NCBI GenBank assembly: GCA_036679605.1
Contig: JAZDCZ010000180.1
Location: 64,001 to 128,000, forward strand
DNA: 64,000 nucleotides
DNA from: Gemmatimonadota bacterium
GTDB taxonomy: Bacteria > Gemmatimonadota > Gemmatimonadetes > Gemmatimonadales > GWC2-71-9
Reading direction: 5' to 3'
The notes under the pieces were generated by a model. The model worked only from the letters and a program-made list of their open reading frames with translations, did not search any database and was not told the DNA's origin. Position 1 is the first letter of the stretch, and each line of letters starts with the position of its first letter. This document shows, piece by piece, positions 9,322-19,885 of this stretch. The translations under genes were made by a program, and so were the position numbers.

Positions 9322-10469
9322 TCCATCTGCCGCCGAATAAACGTTGGGATCTCCATTTCGGAGATTCCAAGATTCGCGTCGGTTTGTGGAGCTGCGAGCT
9401 TAGGCATCGCAGAAGTCTTCGGCACCACCGCTGGTTGTGAATGACGTTGCGGGAACGGAAGCACTCCCGGCGCTGACCCACGGCCGAACGGCCCCTCGAC
9501 CTGACCCAAAGCGCGATCGAACCCGGTCGCGATGACCGTGACTCTAATCTCTCCCTCCATGGCAGGGTCGTGGACGGCTCCAAAGATGATCTCTGCCTGA
9601 TCGCCGGCGGCATCGTGAATAATGCCGCTGACCTGATTGACCTCTCCCAACGTGAGGTCCTGGCCGCCCGTGATATTGACCAGCACTCCGGTCGAGCCGT
9701 TTATGGAAACATCGTCGAGAAGCGGACTGGAGATGGCCTGCTGAGCGGCCTCTAGCGCACGATCCTCTCCTCGGGATATCCCGGTTCCCATGAGTGCCGA
9801 GCCACCGTTCTGCATCACCGTTCTCACGTCGGCGAAGTCGACGTTCACCAAACCTGTGACACTGATCAAGGTGGAGATCCCCTGCGTAGCGTGCAGCAGA
9901 ACCTCATCCGCCTTCTTTAGGGCGTCTTGGAAAGGAACGTTCTTGCCGACCACGGCCAGAAGGCGCTCGTTGGGTACCACGATCATGGTGTCCACGTGGC
10001 GGTTCATTTCGGAGATCCCGATCTCGGCCTGTCGCATCCGTTTCCGACCCTCAAACAGGAACGGCTTCGTGATGATGCCGACAGTCAGCGCCCCAACGTC
10101 GCGTGCAAGCTGCGCGATAATCGGGGAGGCTCCAGTGCCGGTACCTCCACCCATGCCACAGGTCACGAATACCAGATCCGCACCCTCCAGCACAGCCAGC
10201 ACATCGTCGCGGTTCTCCTCGATTGCCTGACGCCCAATTTCCGGTCGGGCACCCGCACCCAGCCCGCGAGTGAGCTTCTTGCCGAGCTGGACCTTTAGAT
10301 CGGCATTGTTATTCTGCAATGACTGGGCATCGGTATTGACCGAGATGAACTCTACACCCATTAGGTGCTCGGCTACCATCCGGTTGACGGCGTTGCCACC
10401 TCCACCGCCTACACCAACGACTTTCATCCGAGCGTTTTGCGCGACAGTTTCTTCGAGTTCGAAAACCAT
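9318..10469 (-). CDS. ftsZ: Cell division protein FtsZ
   Basis: GVGGGGGNA, GMGGGTGTG, NVDFADV; C-terminal EIPTFIRR peptide. Confidence 0.99.
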   Translation of the reverse strand: MVFELEETVAQNARMKVVGVGGGGGNAVNRMVAEHLMGVEFISVNTDAQSLQNNNADLKVQLGKKLTRGLGAGARPEIGRQAIEENRDDVLAVLEGADLVFVTCGMGGGTGTGASPIIAQLARDVGALTVGIITKPFLFEGRKRMRQAEIGISEMNRHVDTMIVVPNERLLAVVGKNVPFQDALKKADEVLLHATQGISTLISVTGLVNVDFADVRTVMQNGGSALMGTGISRGEDRALEAAQQAISSPLLDDVSINGSTGVLVNITGGQDLTLGEVNQVSGIIHDAAGDQAEIIFGAVHDPAMEGEIRVTVIATGFDRALGQVEGPFGRGSAPGVLPFPQRHSQPAVVPKTSAMPKLAAPQTDANLGISEMEIPTFIRRQMD

Positions 10470-10491
10470 GGAACCCTCTTAACCCATAATT

Positions 10492-11724
10492 TTAGAAAAA
10501 ATCCTGCAACCAGCGCTTCACAGGTCTGAACAATCTATCTACACCGGGTGCATCGTCATCCGCGCCCCTCACCATTTCCGTCGATCCATACAGGGCCAGC
10601 CCCACCGGCACGGCATAACGCGGAGCTTGAACGCTGTCGACGAGACCAGTGATTCCCTGCTCCGGCACACCCTTTCGTACCGGCATAGCGAACACCTCTC
10701 TCGCAAGCTCTATCACACCGGCGAGCTGAGCACCACCACCCGTCAGGATCGCACCGGCCGGCAACCGGCTCCTGAAACCGGCTTGCTCAATCTGATCCAA
10801 AACCAAGCCCAGGATCTCATCCAGACGTTGGTGGATAATATGTGCCAACAACTCTCGCTTGACCTGCCGGGGTCCCTGACCCGGCGTTCCCGGCAAATCT
10901 ACCACCTCAGCGGCATCTACCAACGGGCTATATGCCACGCCCCAGCGTTCCTTGATCCGCTCAGCATCGCTCTGCGTCACGCCCAAACCCTGCACCATGT
11001 CGCTAGTCACGTGCGATCCGGCGAACGGAAGAGAAGCAAGGTGCTTGAGCTTGCCATCGTGCAGAATCGACACTGTGGTCGATCCGCCTCCAAGCTCGAC
11101 CAGGGCGCACCCTAGCTCCTTCTCGTCCTCCGTGACCGCTGCCAGAGAAGCCGCCAAGGGCTCCAGCACCAGCCTCTTAACCCGGTAGCCCGCCCGCTCC
11201 ACCAATTTGCGAACGTTCTGAGCGGCCTTGTTCTGGACCGCAACCAGACACATTTCTACCTCGAGCCGTAGTCCTGCCATCCCGACCGGATCGCTGATCC
11301 CCCCCTGATTATCGACCTTATACTCCTGAGGGATGTAATGCAGCAATTCGTAGTCGTCACCAAGACTCACTCTTCGAGCGACTTCGTCAACCCGTTCGAC
11401 GTCAGCGCGGGCAATCTCCTCGCTCGCGACAGACGCCAATCCAGGCGATATGCGGGTTTTTACGTGCTCTCCGGCGATGCCACAATAGACCGTTGGGACA
11501 GTGACCCCGGCCATCCGCTCTGCGTCTTTCATGGCCTGACTGGCCGACCTCGTAGCCTCCTCAATATCGGTGACCACTCCCCGCTTCACTCCGGTAGTCT
11601 TCGCAATCCCGACGCCGAGGACCTTGGCACCCGGATTTCGCGCGTCCCCCTGCGCTTCCGCTATCACCGCACAAGTCTTGGAACTCCCCAGATCGAGCCC
11701 GGCTACCAGGCGATCGCGCTTCAC
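10492..11724 (-). CDS. ftsA: Cell division protein FtsA
   Basis: GLDLGSSK, ELGGGST, LTGGGA; C-terminal amphipathic helix KRWLQDFF. Confidence 0.97.
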   Translation of the reverse strand: MKRDRLVAGLDLGSSKTCAVIAEAQGDARNPGAKVLGVGIAKTTGVKRGVVTDIEEATRSASQAMKDAERMAGVTVPTVYCGIAGEHVKTRISPGLASVASEEIARADVERVDEVARRVSLGDDYELLHYIPQEYKVDNQGGISDPVGMAGLRLEVEMCLVAVQNKAAQNVRKLVERAGYRVKRLVLEPLAASLAAVTEDEKELGCALVELGGGSTTVSILHDGKLKHLASLPFAGSHVTSDMVQGLGVTQSDAERIKERWGVAYSPLVDAAEVVDLPGTPGQGPRQVKRELLAHIIHQRLDEILGLVLDQIEQAGFRSRLPAGAILTGGGAQLAGVIELAREVFAMPVRKGVPEQGITGLVDSVQAPRYAVPVGLALYGSTEMVRGADDDAPGVDRLFRPVKRWLQDFF

Positions 11725-12401
11725 ACTCCACTCCGACGCACGACAACCCGCCCGGAAAATCGCGCGTCAATCTGGTCGAACTGACGGCCGGTCGCCGAAA
11801 GGTGACGCCGGACCATGTCTATCGCTCTTATTTCGCTACTTGTCGGAATGCCCCTTAGCATTACCTCTTCCGATCCTAGTTCGAGGATCACTTCTCCCTC
11901 CGAGCCCAGCCTTGCGGCGTCTACCTCGCGGTACAATGAAAAGTCAGCCGTCCGCACGGTGGCGAGAACCCCTATCACCAGCGAATCAGCGCTCGGCACG
12001 ACCGGCAGATCGAGATCGATTTTGGCCGGATCATACGGCAGCGGTCGTGCGCTTGCATCCAGAGGTTGCAATCCCGATTCGGTCGGTACAAATGCGACCG
12101 GTACCCGCTCTTCCACCAGTATACGTAATGTGCCCGGTAGCCGCCGCTTCAGCTTCACATTCACCACGCCCGGCAGCCGCGACAATCGCAGCTGCACATC
12201 CCGGAACGAAGTAAACAGGTTCTGATCGGACGCCAATCCTGACCTGGCAAGCATCTGACGCGGCGACAGGTACCGGACACCAATCAACTCCACCTGCCTG
12301 ATCCGAAAGAAGCCCACCCTGCTCAGTCCGAAGGGCGCCGCAACGATCACGGCCACGACAGCCATTGCAGCCAAACCCAGTCTGAGCGGTCTCCGCATCA
12401 T
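11721..12401 (-). CDS. ftsQ: Cell division protein FtsQ/DivIB
   Basis: TM, POTRA (RRLPGTLRILVEER) and IDARF C-terminal motif; lies between murC and ftsA. Confidence 0.88.
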   Translation of the reverse strand: MMRRPLRLGLAAMAVVAVIVAAPFGLSRVGFFRIRQVELIGVRYLSPRQMLARSGLASDQNLFTSFRDVQLRLSRLPGVVNVKLKRRLPGTLRILVEERVPVAFVPTESGLQPLDASARPLPYDPAKIDLDLPVVPSADSLVIGVLATVRTADFSLYREVDAARLGSEGEVILELGSEEVMLRGIPTSSEIRAIDMVRRHLSATGRQFDQIDARFSGRVVVRRSGV

Positions 12402-13777
12402 GCGGCGGTTTCCCCTAGCTTGCTGAGAAGCTCCGGCCCTACCTCAGTAATGTCACCCGCTCCCAAAGTAACTACCACATCGCCGTCACGAACCAAGTCT
12501 GCCAGGATCCTGGAGATGTCTCTCATATCGGGCACCCATTCCACTCCTATGCCGGCACTCGCGGCGGCATCCGAAACCATGGATCCGCTGACACCCTCGA
12601 TTGGTGCTTCTCGTGCCGGGTAGATTTCTGTCACAACCGCGAGATCAGCAGCTGCCAATGCGATCCCAAGGGCTTCACCGTGGTTCTTGGTCCGCGAATA
12701 GAGGTGCGGCTGGAAGACCGCGACCAATCTCCGACCGGGAAACCGCTGACGCGCAGCCCCTAGAGTTGCAACGACCTCGGTGGGATGATGTGCGTAGTCA
12801 TCCACGACCGTGACCCCACCGGAGGTTCCCAGGATCTGAAATCTCCGCTCCACGCCTTCGAAGTCACTAAGGCCAGCCGCTGCACTCGCAACGTCTCCGT
12901 CAAGGGCGAGGGTAGTGCCAACCGCCATCGCTGCATTACGAAGGTTGTGAAGTCCCGGTACCCTAAGTGCGAGTTCGACTAGATCACCGTTGGGGAGTGA
13001 CAGCTTGGCGCAGTTGCGCTGCGCATCTGCCTTCAGATCGCTCAGTCTAATGTCTGCAGATTTCGAAAGGCCCACGCTCCACTTGGGTACCTCAACTGCC
13101 CTACCGATTCGTGCCGAGCCCCGATCGTCGGCACCAACTAGCAACCGACTCGCTCTATTGGCGAATTCAACAAACGCTGCTTCCAACACCTCGATCGTGC
13201 CGTAACATTCCAGATGATCGGATTCGACGTTGTTGATCACGGCGATGTCGGGATGGAGTGACAAGAACGCACGATCGTATTCGTCGGCCTCGACAACAAA
13301 CAGATCGCTCTTACCAATGCTCGCGTTACCTCCCCAGGAATCGATGCGCCCGCCGACTATTCCGGTGGGATCCATGCCCGCCGCCCGCAACGCCGTCGTC
13401 ACCATTGCCGAGGTGGTGGTCTTGCCGTGTGTGCCAGCTACCGCAGCAACCACTCCGTGCTTTACCACCTCGTCCAACGCATCGGCACGACGGACCACCG
13501 CGACACCCAGATCCCGCGCAGCCTGCAGTTCGGCGTGCTCAGGATCCACTGCTGCGGTGTAAACCACTGCCCTAGCACCGTTTACGTGTTCTGGGTCGTG
13601 CCCGCAATGTACCGGTATCCCGGCGTTCAGAAAGTCGGCTGCTGCCCTAGGTTCAGTGTCACATCCGGTAACTGGCACACCCCGGCTCTTAGCAATGAGT
13701 GCCAGCGCGCTCATCCCTGCACCAGCTATCCCCATGAAGTGGATGGGTCGGGGATCGTCAAGGATGAACAGATGCAT
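12398..13777 (-). CDS. murC: UDP-N-acetylmuramate--L-alanine ligase
   Basis: GIAGAGMSALA, GTHGKTTT, EADEYD, DDYAHHPTE, FQPHLYSRT. Confidence 0.97.
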   Translation of the reverse strand: MHLFILDDPRPIHFMGIAGAGMSALALIAKSRGVPVTGCDTEPRAAADFLNAGIPVHCGHDPEHVNGARAVVYTAAVDPEHAELQAARDLGVAVVRRADALDEVVKHGVVAAVAGTHGKTTTSAMVTTALRAAGMDPTGIVGGRIDSWGGNASIGKSDLFVVEADEYDRAFLSLHPDIAVINNVESDHLECYGTIEVLEAAFVEFANRASRLLVGADDRGSARIGRAVEVPKWSVGLSKSADIRLSDLKADAQRNCAKLSLPNGDLVELALRVPGLHNLRNAAMAVGTTLALDGDVASAAAGLSDFEGVERRFQILGTSGGVTVVDDYAHHPTEVVATLGAARQRFPGRRLVAVFQPHLYSRTKNHGEALGIALAAADLAVVTEIYPAREAPIEGVSGSMVSDAAASAGIGVEWVPDMRDISRILADLVRDGDVVVTLGAGDITEVGPELLSKLGETAA

Positions 13778-13828
13778 CGGCGGGAAGCAAATATAAGAAA
13801 AACTCGAAAGTTGCGAAAGGCCTTGGAC

Positions 13829-14920
13829 TTAGCTCACTATGGCCAGTAGCTCAGAGGCGATTTTTTGAGCTGCGTCCGGCCGCCCCCGAGACCGCGCAGC
13901 CCGGCTCATAGCCGTTCGCCGGTCACCGTCCGCGAGCAACTCACCGAGCGATGCCAGCAACCTCTCGGGACTCAGATCCGATTCCGGTAGGTGGAGCGCC
14001 GCTCCCACTGCAGCTAGAGCCTCAGCATTCCGAGCCTGGTGCTGGCCCGCTGCTGTTGGCAGAGGTATGAGCACCGCCGGCAAGCCCCACGCGCAAATCT
14101 CAGCCGTGGTCATGGCCCCGGCCCGGCAAACCACCAATTCAGACACGGCATAGGCCTCCGCGATCGGATCCCAAAAGGGTCTCACGTATCGCGCAGGTGG
14201 GGAGTGGAGTTGTTTCAGATCTTGCCACATATGCTGGCCAGTGCTCCACAAGAGTGCGACATCGGTAAGCCGTTGCGATTCCACTAGAGTCCGCACAGCC
14301 CGGTTGATGGCTCTGGCCCCCTGGCTCCCACCCATCACGAACACCACTGGAACACCGTCGGGAATTCCGATCGCCCTTCTGGCAGCGCTGCGATCGGGCA
14401 ATGGGCTGGGAGGCGCCTGTATCGGATTCCCGTAGGACCTCACCAGGGTATTGCGGCCGGGCTTCAGGTGTGCTGATGCCTCCGGAAACCCCAGATGTAC
14501 TTGTCGAGCTTTGCGCGCTAGCAGCCGCGTCACCAAACCGGGATATGCGTTTTGCTCTTGCAGTCCCACTGGGAACCCAGCACGCATCGCCTGGAACAGC
14601 ACCGGACCTGCCACGTAGCCGCCTGTTCCCACCACCATGGCCGGCCGCTCCGATTCGAGGACCTTGCGGCACTCCGCTAGTACGCGCCACGCTAACGTCG
14701 GCCATCGAAGATTCCGCCACAATTCGCGACGATAAATGGGATGGAGTGGAAGGAGGTGATGCTTGTAGGCCCTCGTGGGCAAAATGCTTGCTTCAACTCC
14801 TCGCTCGGCTCCGACGAGGACGGGCTCCACTGCGTCATCCAATTCGGTGAACGCATCTGCCAGAGCCAGGGCCGGCATGAGGTGTCCGCCGGTGCCCCCT
14901 CCCGCGATCAGAACCTTCAA
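13829..14920 (-). CDS. murG: Lipid II GlcNAc transferase MurG
   Basis: GGGTGGH, TGGYV, EQN, GGSQGA, RAGA, HQARNA. Confidence 0.97.
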   Translation of the reverse strand: MKVLIAGGGTGGHLMPALALADAFTELDDAVEPVLVGAERGVEASILPTRAYKHHLLPLHPIYRRELWRNLRWPTLAWRVLAECRKVLESERPAMVVGTGGYVAGPVLFQAMRAGFPVGLQEQNAYPGLVTRLLARKARQVHLGFPEASAHLKPGRNTLVRSYGNPIQAPPSPLPDRSAARRAIGIPDGVPVVFVMGGSQGARAINRAVRTLVESQRLTDVALLWSTGQHMWQDLKQLHSPPARYVRPFWDPIAEAYAVSELVVCRAGAMTTAEICAWGLPAVLIPLPTAAGQHQARNAEALAAVGAALHLPESDLSPERLLASLGELLADGDRRTAMSRAARSRGRPDAAQKIASELLAIVS

Positions 14921-16078
14921 CGTCTACCGCCCGCCGACACCCGTGCGCCGCCAATGTTAATGAGGACTCCTGTAGCGACCAGCGAAACGATGAGGTTGGA
15001 TCGCCCATACGACAAGAACGGAAGCGGCAGTCCGGTCGTGGGGACCAGCGATAGTGTCACAGCGACGTGAAGTATCGCAGTAACTCCGATCAGTGACGTC
15101 AGGCCTGCAGCGAGACGTCAGGCCTGCAGCGAGGAGCATTCCGAACCGGTCGGGCGCAGTCCGCGCGATTCTGAACCCCAGAACGATGAAAAACGCATAA
15201 AGCAGAATTGTGAGAGTAGCTCCCATGAACCCCCACTCTTCACCTATCGTGCTGAAAATGAAATCCGAGTAGGCGTACGGCAAATAACCGAGCTTCTGAA
15301 GCCCCTGTCCGAATCCGACGCCAAAGAACCCCCCCGCGCCGATACCTATCAACGACTGCTTGATCTGCCATCCCGCATCCGCAAGTTCGTTTCCTTGGCC
15401 GAGAAACGAGAAGATCCGCTGAACCCTGTACTGTGCCCCCGCGATCTCATGCCAAAGAAGCGGCACAGCAAATACTGAAATCAGCAGGAAATGACCGATC
15501 CGCGCACCGGCACTGAACACGATGATCGCTGCCAGAAGCACGGACAGACTCGCGGTCGAAAGGTCGGGCTCGAGAAGTATCAACCCGGCAACGGGCGCCA
15601 GTACAACTATGAAGGGCAGAAGACCTTTCTTGAAACTGCGAATTGTATTCCCTTTTTTGCTGGCAAGCATCGCGACCCACACAACGATGGCGAATTTCGC
15701 GAATTCCGACGGTTGAAGCGTAACGGGACCGAGCGACACCCAGCGTCTGGCCCCATTTGCTTCAGGCGAAATACTCTGGGTAAATGGAAGTACTGGGATT
15801 ATCAGCAACACTACGACCGCGGCCAGCACCGCCCAAGCGTGCTCCCGCCAAAACCGGTAATCCATGCGAGACGCAACCCGAAGAGCCACGATTCCCACCA
15901 GTGCTCCGACGAACTGCCGCGATGCGAACACCCCGCCACGTTGCCCGTTCTCCACGGCCCAGATTCCCGAGGCACTATAGACTGCGGCGATCCCAAAAAC
16001 TGTCAACGCTACCGCGATTATTCCGACCATTCGCGATTCCCAGATCACCCCCGTTTCACCGCGAGTCGCCGGACTCAT
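14917..16078 (-). pseudogene. ftsW: FtsW (SEDS polymerase), frameshifted by a 19-bp tandem duplication (possibly an assembly error)
   Basis: NGARRW, QPSEFAK, LLEPDL and SDFIF..IGEEWG motifs. Removing one copy of the 15095-15132 duplication restores ...LVPTTGLPLPFLSYGRSNL...RR*, with TGA at 14917 overlapping the murG start. Confidence 0.9.
15095..15132. repeat. Perfect 2x19-bp tandem duplication GACGTCAGGCCTGCAGCGA
   Basis: Copies read directly at 15095-15113 and 15114-15132. Confidence 0.97.
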
Positions 16079-17421
16079 TTTGCCTTTGCCAGTTGGCGAA
16101 ACGATTCCCCTCTGTGCTCATAGTTGGCGAACTGATCGAAGCTCGAACATCCGGGTGAAAGCAGGACTGCCTCACCATTTCGTACCATAGCCCGGGCACA
16201 GTGAACGGCTTCTTCAAAGTTGAGCACAGACCTCACTGTCACATATTGCCCTATCTGTTCCTCGATGGTCGAGCGAGCCTCACCGTAGGCAGCGACTCCC
16301 GTGCACTGCTGGCGGAGCAATTCACCTAGTCGCACAAAAGACTCCCCCTTGGGCCTGCCTCCCGCCACTAGCGAGAAGCGCCGATCCATCGCAGCAAGTG
16401 CGACCGAGACAGACGCGACGTTGGTAGCCTTTGAATCGTTGATCCACGTGACACCCCCCACGACGGAGATCGGTTCAAGCCTGTGTGGCAGCGGAGCAAA
16501 CGAACGCAGGCCGCGAGCTATCGCGGAGCGCTCCACTCCTACAGCGCTTGCAGCCAGCGCTGCGGCGAGCGCGTTGGACACGTTGTGGTCACCCATTAGC
16601 GCAAGGTGATTCCGCTCCAGGAGGTTGTCCTTCTCCAATTCGAGGCACTTTCTGATGTCGTCGTACCAGGCATCGGCTTGTTGCTCCAAGCTCCAAAGTC
16701 TACGCTGGCCAGGAACCCCTTCTACAAGCGAGAGCACTTCCGGGTCGTCACCGTTCAAGATCCAGGTGGAATCTTCCGACGCCTTATGAAACAGGCGCCG
16801 CTTGTCATCATAGTACTCGGCGGCAGATGCATAGCGATCGAGATGATCGGGAGACAGGTTAGTCACGACCCCGATTCGCGGTCTCAGATGACGTGCGTCA
16901 TGTAGTTGGAATGACGAGGCCTCGACAACGACCCACTCAGGCCGCACTCCGGCTTCGGCAATCTCTATGAGCGGACGTCCGATATTGCCGGCGACTTCCG
17001 CAAACACTCCGCCCTCGGTGAGTATGCGCTGGATCAGCGCTGTAGTGGTTGTCTTACCGTTCGTTCCCGTAACGACAATGAGATTCGTGTCATCCAAGAA
17101 CATCGCAGCGAGATCCAGCTCGGCAAATATCTCGACCCCAGCACCACGCGCGGCAACGAGCGGTGCCGCATCCAACGGAACCCCGGGCGAGCAAACTACC
17201 AGCGCCGCATTCCGGATGCGCTGCAAGTCATGACCGCCCAACTCCACCGTGACCCTCGGATCGGTGACGCTTTCTGCGGCCGCACTTTGCTGGGCGGAGC
17301 TAGCGCTATCCGACGCATAGATTGAAAGTCCCCGCTTGGAAAGAAATCTTGTTGCGGCAGCACCGCTCCTGCCCAGTCCAATAATCGCTATCTCACCCTG
17401 GCGCCAGTCGTCCGGGATCAT
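16075..17421 (-). CDS. murD: UDP-N-acetylmuramoyl-L-alanine--D-glutamate ligase
   Basis: GLGRSG, SPG, TGTNGKTTT, EASSFQL, NDSKATN, LSPGCSSFDQF. Start at ATG 17421 (ATGA overlap with mraY). Confidence 0.97.
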   Translation of the reverse strand: MIPDDWRQGEIAIIGLGRSGAAATRFLSKRGLSIYASDSASSAQQSAAAESVTDPRVTVELGGHDLQRIRNAALVVCSPGVPLDAAPLVAARGAGVEIFAELDLAAMFLDDTNLIVVTGTNGKTTTTALIQRILTEGGVFAEVAGNIGRPLIEIAEAGVRPEWVVVEASSFQLHDARHLRPRIGVVTNLSPDHLDRYASAAEYYDDKRRLFHKASEDSTWILNGDDPEVLSLVEGVPGQRRLWSLEQQADAWYDDIRKCLELEKDNLLERNHLALMGDHNVSNALAAALAASAVGVERSAIARGLRSFAPLPHRLEPISVVGGVTWINDSKATNVASVSVALAAMDRRFSLVAGGRPKGESFVRLGELLRQQCTGVAAYGEARSTIEEQIGQYVTVRSVLNFEEAVHCARAMVRNGEAVLLSPGCSSFDQFANYEHRGESFRQLAKAK

Positions 17422-18539
17422 CGAAATTTCAGCGTCCACAGTGCCACAAGAGCACAAAGAACTCCGATGATATAGAACCTGGTGACGATCTTCGGCTCGG
17501 GCCACCCAAGTTTTTCGAAATGATGGTGGAGTGGGGCCATCCTAAAGACTCTGTGTTGGCTGGCGTACTCTCGACCATGACGATGCACCCGCCAGCGGAA
17601 CACCCCGGCCTGTACGATCACGGATACCGTTTCTGCGACAAACACGCCCCCGATCAAAAGCAGCAAGAACTCCGCCTTGAGCAGGATGGCGACAGCACCA
17701 AAGGCTCCGCCAATCGCCAGGCTGCCTGTATCTCCCATGAAGACTTGAGACGGGTGGGCGTTGTACCACAGAAATCCCAAGGCAGCACCCATGAGGCTTG
17801 CGCAGAAGATTGTCAGTTCACCTGAGTCACGCATGTAGTAGACGAACAAATACCTTGCGGCGTCGCTCCGACCGAATATGTAGGCAAATATTGCAAAAGC
17901 GGCGGCCGCAATCACCGTGAGCCCTGTAGCTAAGCCGTCCAATCCATCGGTCAAGTTTACGGCATTGCTCGTTCCAGTCACGACCAGCGTTACGAAACCT
18001 ACGTACGCGAAGTAGGGCAGCAACACAACGACGTTCTTGAAGAAAGGAAGGGTGGTGGCATTGGCGGGCAGCGTGTCCGCCACTGGCCAGATCAGCAGAT
18101 ACGCTCCCAACGCGATGCCAAACGTCACTTGCCCGACCAACTTGTAGCGGGCCACCAGCCCACGTGACTTTCCGTGCACGAACTTGAGATAGTCGTCGAC
18201 GAACCCGATTCCCCCCATCCACAATGTCGCTACCGCCGCTACCAACACGTAGCGATTATCCAAGCGCGCCCAAAGCAAAGTAGGAATCAACGTGCACACC
18301 AAGATTATCAACCCGCCCATGGTAGGGGTTCCGCGCTTTGACTGATGTGAAGCAGGCCCCTCGGCGCGTATGATCTGACCCACCCCTCTTGCCTGCAATT
18401 GCCGGATGATCACCGGGCCGATCACAAACGCCAGCAAGACAGCGGTGACCATAGCACCCGCTGCACGGAACGAGATGTAGTTGAACACATTGAACACGAA
18501 CCACCTCGAGTCCAACGGTGTCAGGAAATGGTAGAACAC
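17418..18539 (-). CDS. mraY: Phospho-N-acetylmuramoyl-pentapeptide transferase
   Basis: KRGTPTMGG, DDY, NAVNLTDGLDGLA, FMGDTGS, MAPLHHHFE. Confidence 0.98.
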   Translation of the reverse strand: MFYHFLTPLDSRWFVFNVFNYISFRAAGAMVTAVLLAFVIGPVIIRQLQARGVGQIIRAEGPASHQSKRGTPTMGGLIILVCTLIPTLLWARLDNRYVLVAAVATLWMGGIGFVDDYLKFVHGKSRGLVARYKLVGQVTFGIALGAYLLIWPVADTLPANATTLPFFKNVVVLLPYFAYVGFVTLVVTGTSNAVNLTDGLDGLATGLTVIAAAAFAIFAYIFGRSDAARYLFVYYMRDSGELTIFCASLMGAALGFLWYNAHPSQVFMGDTGSLAIGGAFGAVAILLKAEFLLLLIGGVFVAETVSVIVQAGVFRWRVHRHGREYASQHRVFRMAPLHHHFEKLGWPEPKIVTRFYIIGVLCALVALWTLKFR

Positions 18540-19885
18540 GGAGTCCCGTCTTTTGGGGTTAAGTATGGAATGACTCGCTCCAGGTGCACTCCCCTGGACC
18601 CTTTGACCAACACAACAGCGTTGGGTTCTATTCGTTCTGCAACCATCCGACCGAGCGCCTCCGGATCGTTCTCCGTTACCAAGCGATCTCCCAATTCCGC
18701 CCCATGCCTCACAAATGCGGCGACGAAATCGCCCGAGGCAGCTATCAGTTGAGGGCCAACCTTCAGCACCACCTCGGCCATCTTCGCGTGGAGCGCGACG
18801 CTCTCGTGACCCAGCTCCAGCATAGTACCTAGGACAACCACCAGAGGGGCATCGCCACGCAAAGCGGATGCTGTCTCGAGGGACGCCATCAGAGAGCTTG
18901 GATTAGAGTTGTAACAGTCCTTTAGGATGGTAAGATCTCCGCATCTTATGACCTCACATCTGCCCGATGGAACGCTCAGCGCCGCAAGAGCTGTCGCGAC
19001 CTCACTGATATCAAGATCCAGCATGACAGCCCCACCTATCGCCAGCATAGCGTTCTCCACCTGGTGCCTTCCTACAAGAGGCAAATCGAATCTTGCGCCA
19101 TGATAGGTCAGCCGACCCTGGCCATCCGAGTTCACTGACCACTGATCCGGTCTTACCTCTGCGTCCGCACCAGTGCCCGCCACCAAGGCCCGATCTGCAC
19201 GTGACCTAGCCAGTAGCCCTAGATCCGATGGTTCGGTGCCAACAACGGCCATTGGCGTTCCGTCCAAGAGCGAGACCTTCTCTTCGAGAGCCACGGCTAC
19301 GGATCCAAAACCCTCGAGGTGTCCAGCAGACACATTCGTCACTACGCCCAACGACGGTTCCAAAACATCGCGCAACTTCGCTACTTCTCCAGGTAAGTTG
19401 GCACCGACTTCCACGACGAGGGCCTCGCACTCCGGCGGAGCCGCCAGAATCGTCAGCGGCACACCAACTAGGTTGTTCTCGTTTTCGTGCGTACCGTGCA
19501 CAGCCCATCGGGTAGATAGGGCACGGATGAACATTTCCTTGGTAGAGGTCTTGCCGTTAGTTCCTGTGATCCCTACTACCGGCCCCTGCACCATCCTTCT
19601 CCGCTGGCGCGCTAGGGAACCCAGTGCGTCGAGAGTGTCGGGAACTTCGAAATATCGGAGTTCCGAAATCGGCGTGGTTCCCCTGCGCACGACTGCCGCC
19701 GCGGCACCTGCATCTAGTGCATCCTTGAGAAAATCGTGGCCATCGAACCGATCTCCCACCAACGCCACAAACAGTGATCCCGACGTCAGGGTGCGCGTGT
19801 CGGTCACTATACCCGTAAAGGGCATGGAAGACTCGCAAGGCAGATCCAGAGCGCTCGATACTCTGTCTGACGTCCAGATCGTCAC
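18521..19885 (-). CDS. murF: UDP-MurNAc-tripeptide--D-Ala-D-Ala ligase
   Basis: FDGHDF, TGTNGKTSTKE, NNLVGVP, DCYNSNP, MLELG, KGSRG. Confidence 0.96.
   Translation of the reverse strand: MTIWTSDRVSSALDLPCESSMPFTGIVTDTRTLTSGSLFVALVGDRFDGHDFLKDALDAGAAAAVVRRGTTPISELRYFEVPDTLDALGSLARQRRRMVQGPVVGITGTNGKTSTKEMFIRALSTRWAVHGTHENENNLVGVPLTILAAPPECEALVVEVGANLPGEVAKLRDVLEPSLGVVTNVSAGHLEGFGSVAVALEEKVSLLDGTPMAVVGTEPSDLGLLARSRADRALVAGTGADAEVRPDQWSVNSDGQGRLTYHGARFDLPLVGRHQVENAMLAIGGAVMLDLDISEVATALAALSVPSGRCEVIRCGDLTILKDCYNSNPSSLMASLETASALRGDAPLVVVLGTMLELGHESVALHAKMAEVVLKVGPQLIAASGDFVAAFVRHGAELGDRLVTENDPEALGRMVAERIEPNAVVLVKGSRGVHLERVIPYLTPKDGTPCSTIS

Noticed and set aside
14957..15113. Apparent novel hydrophilic C-terminus of FtsW in the ORF track
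   Set aside because: It is the out-of-frame product of the 19-bp duplication; the true SEDS C-terminus is in another frame.
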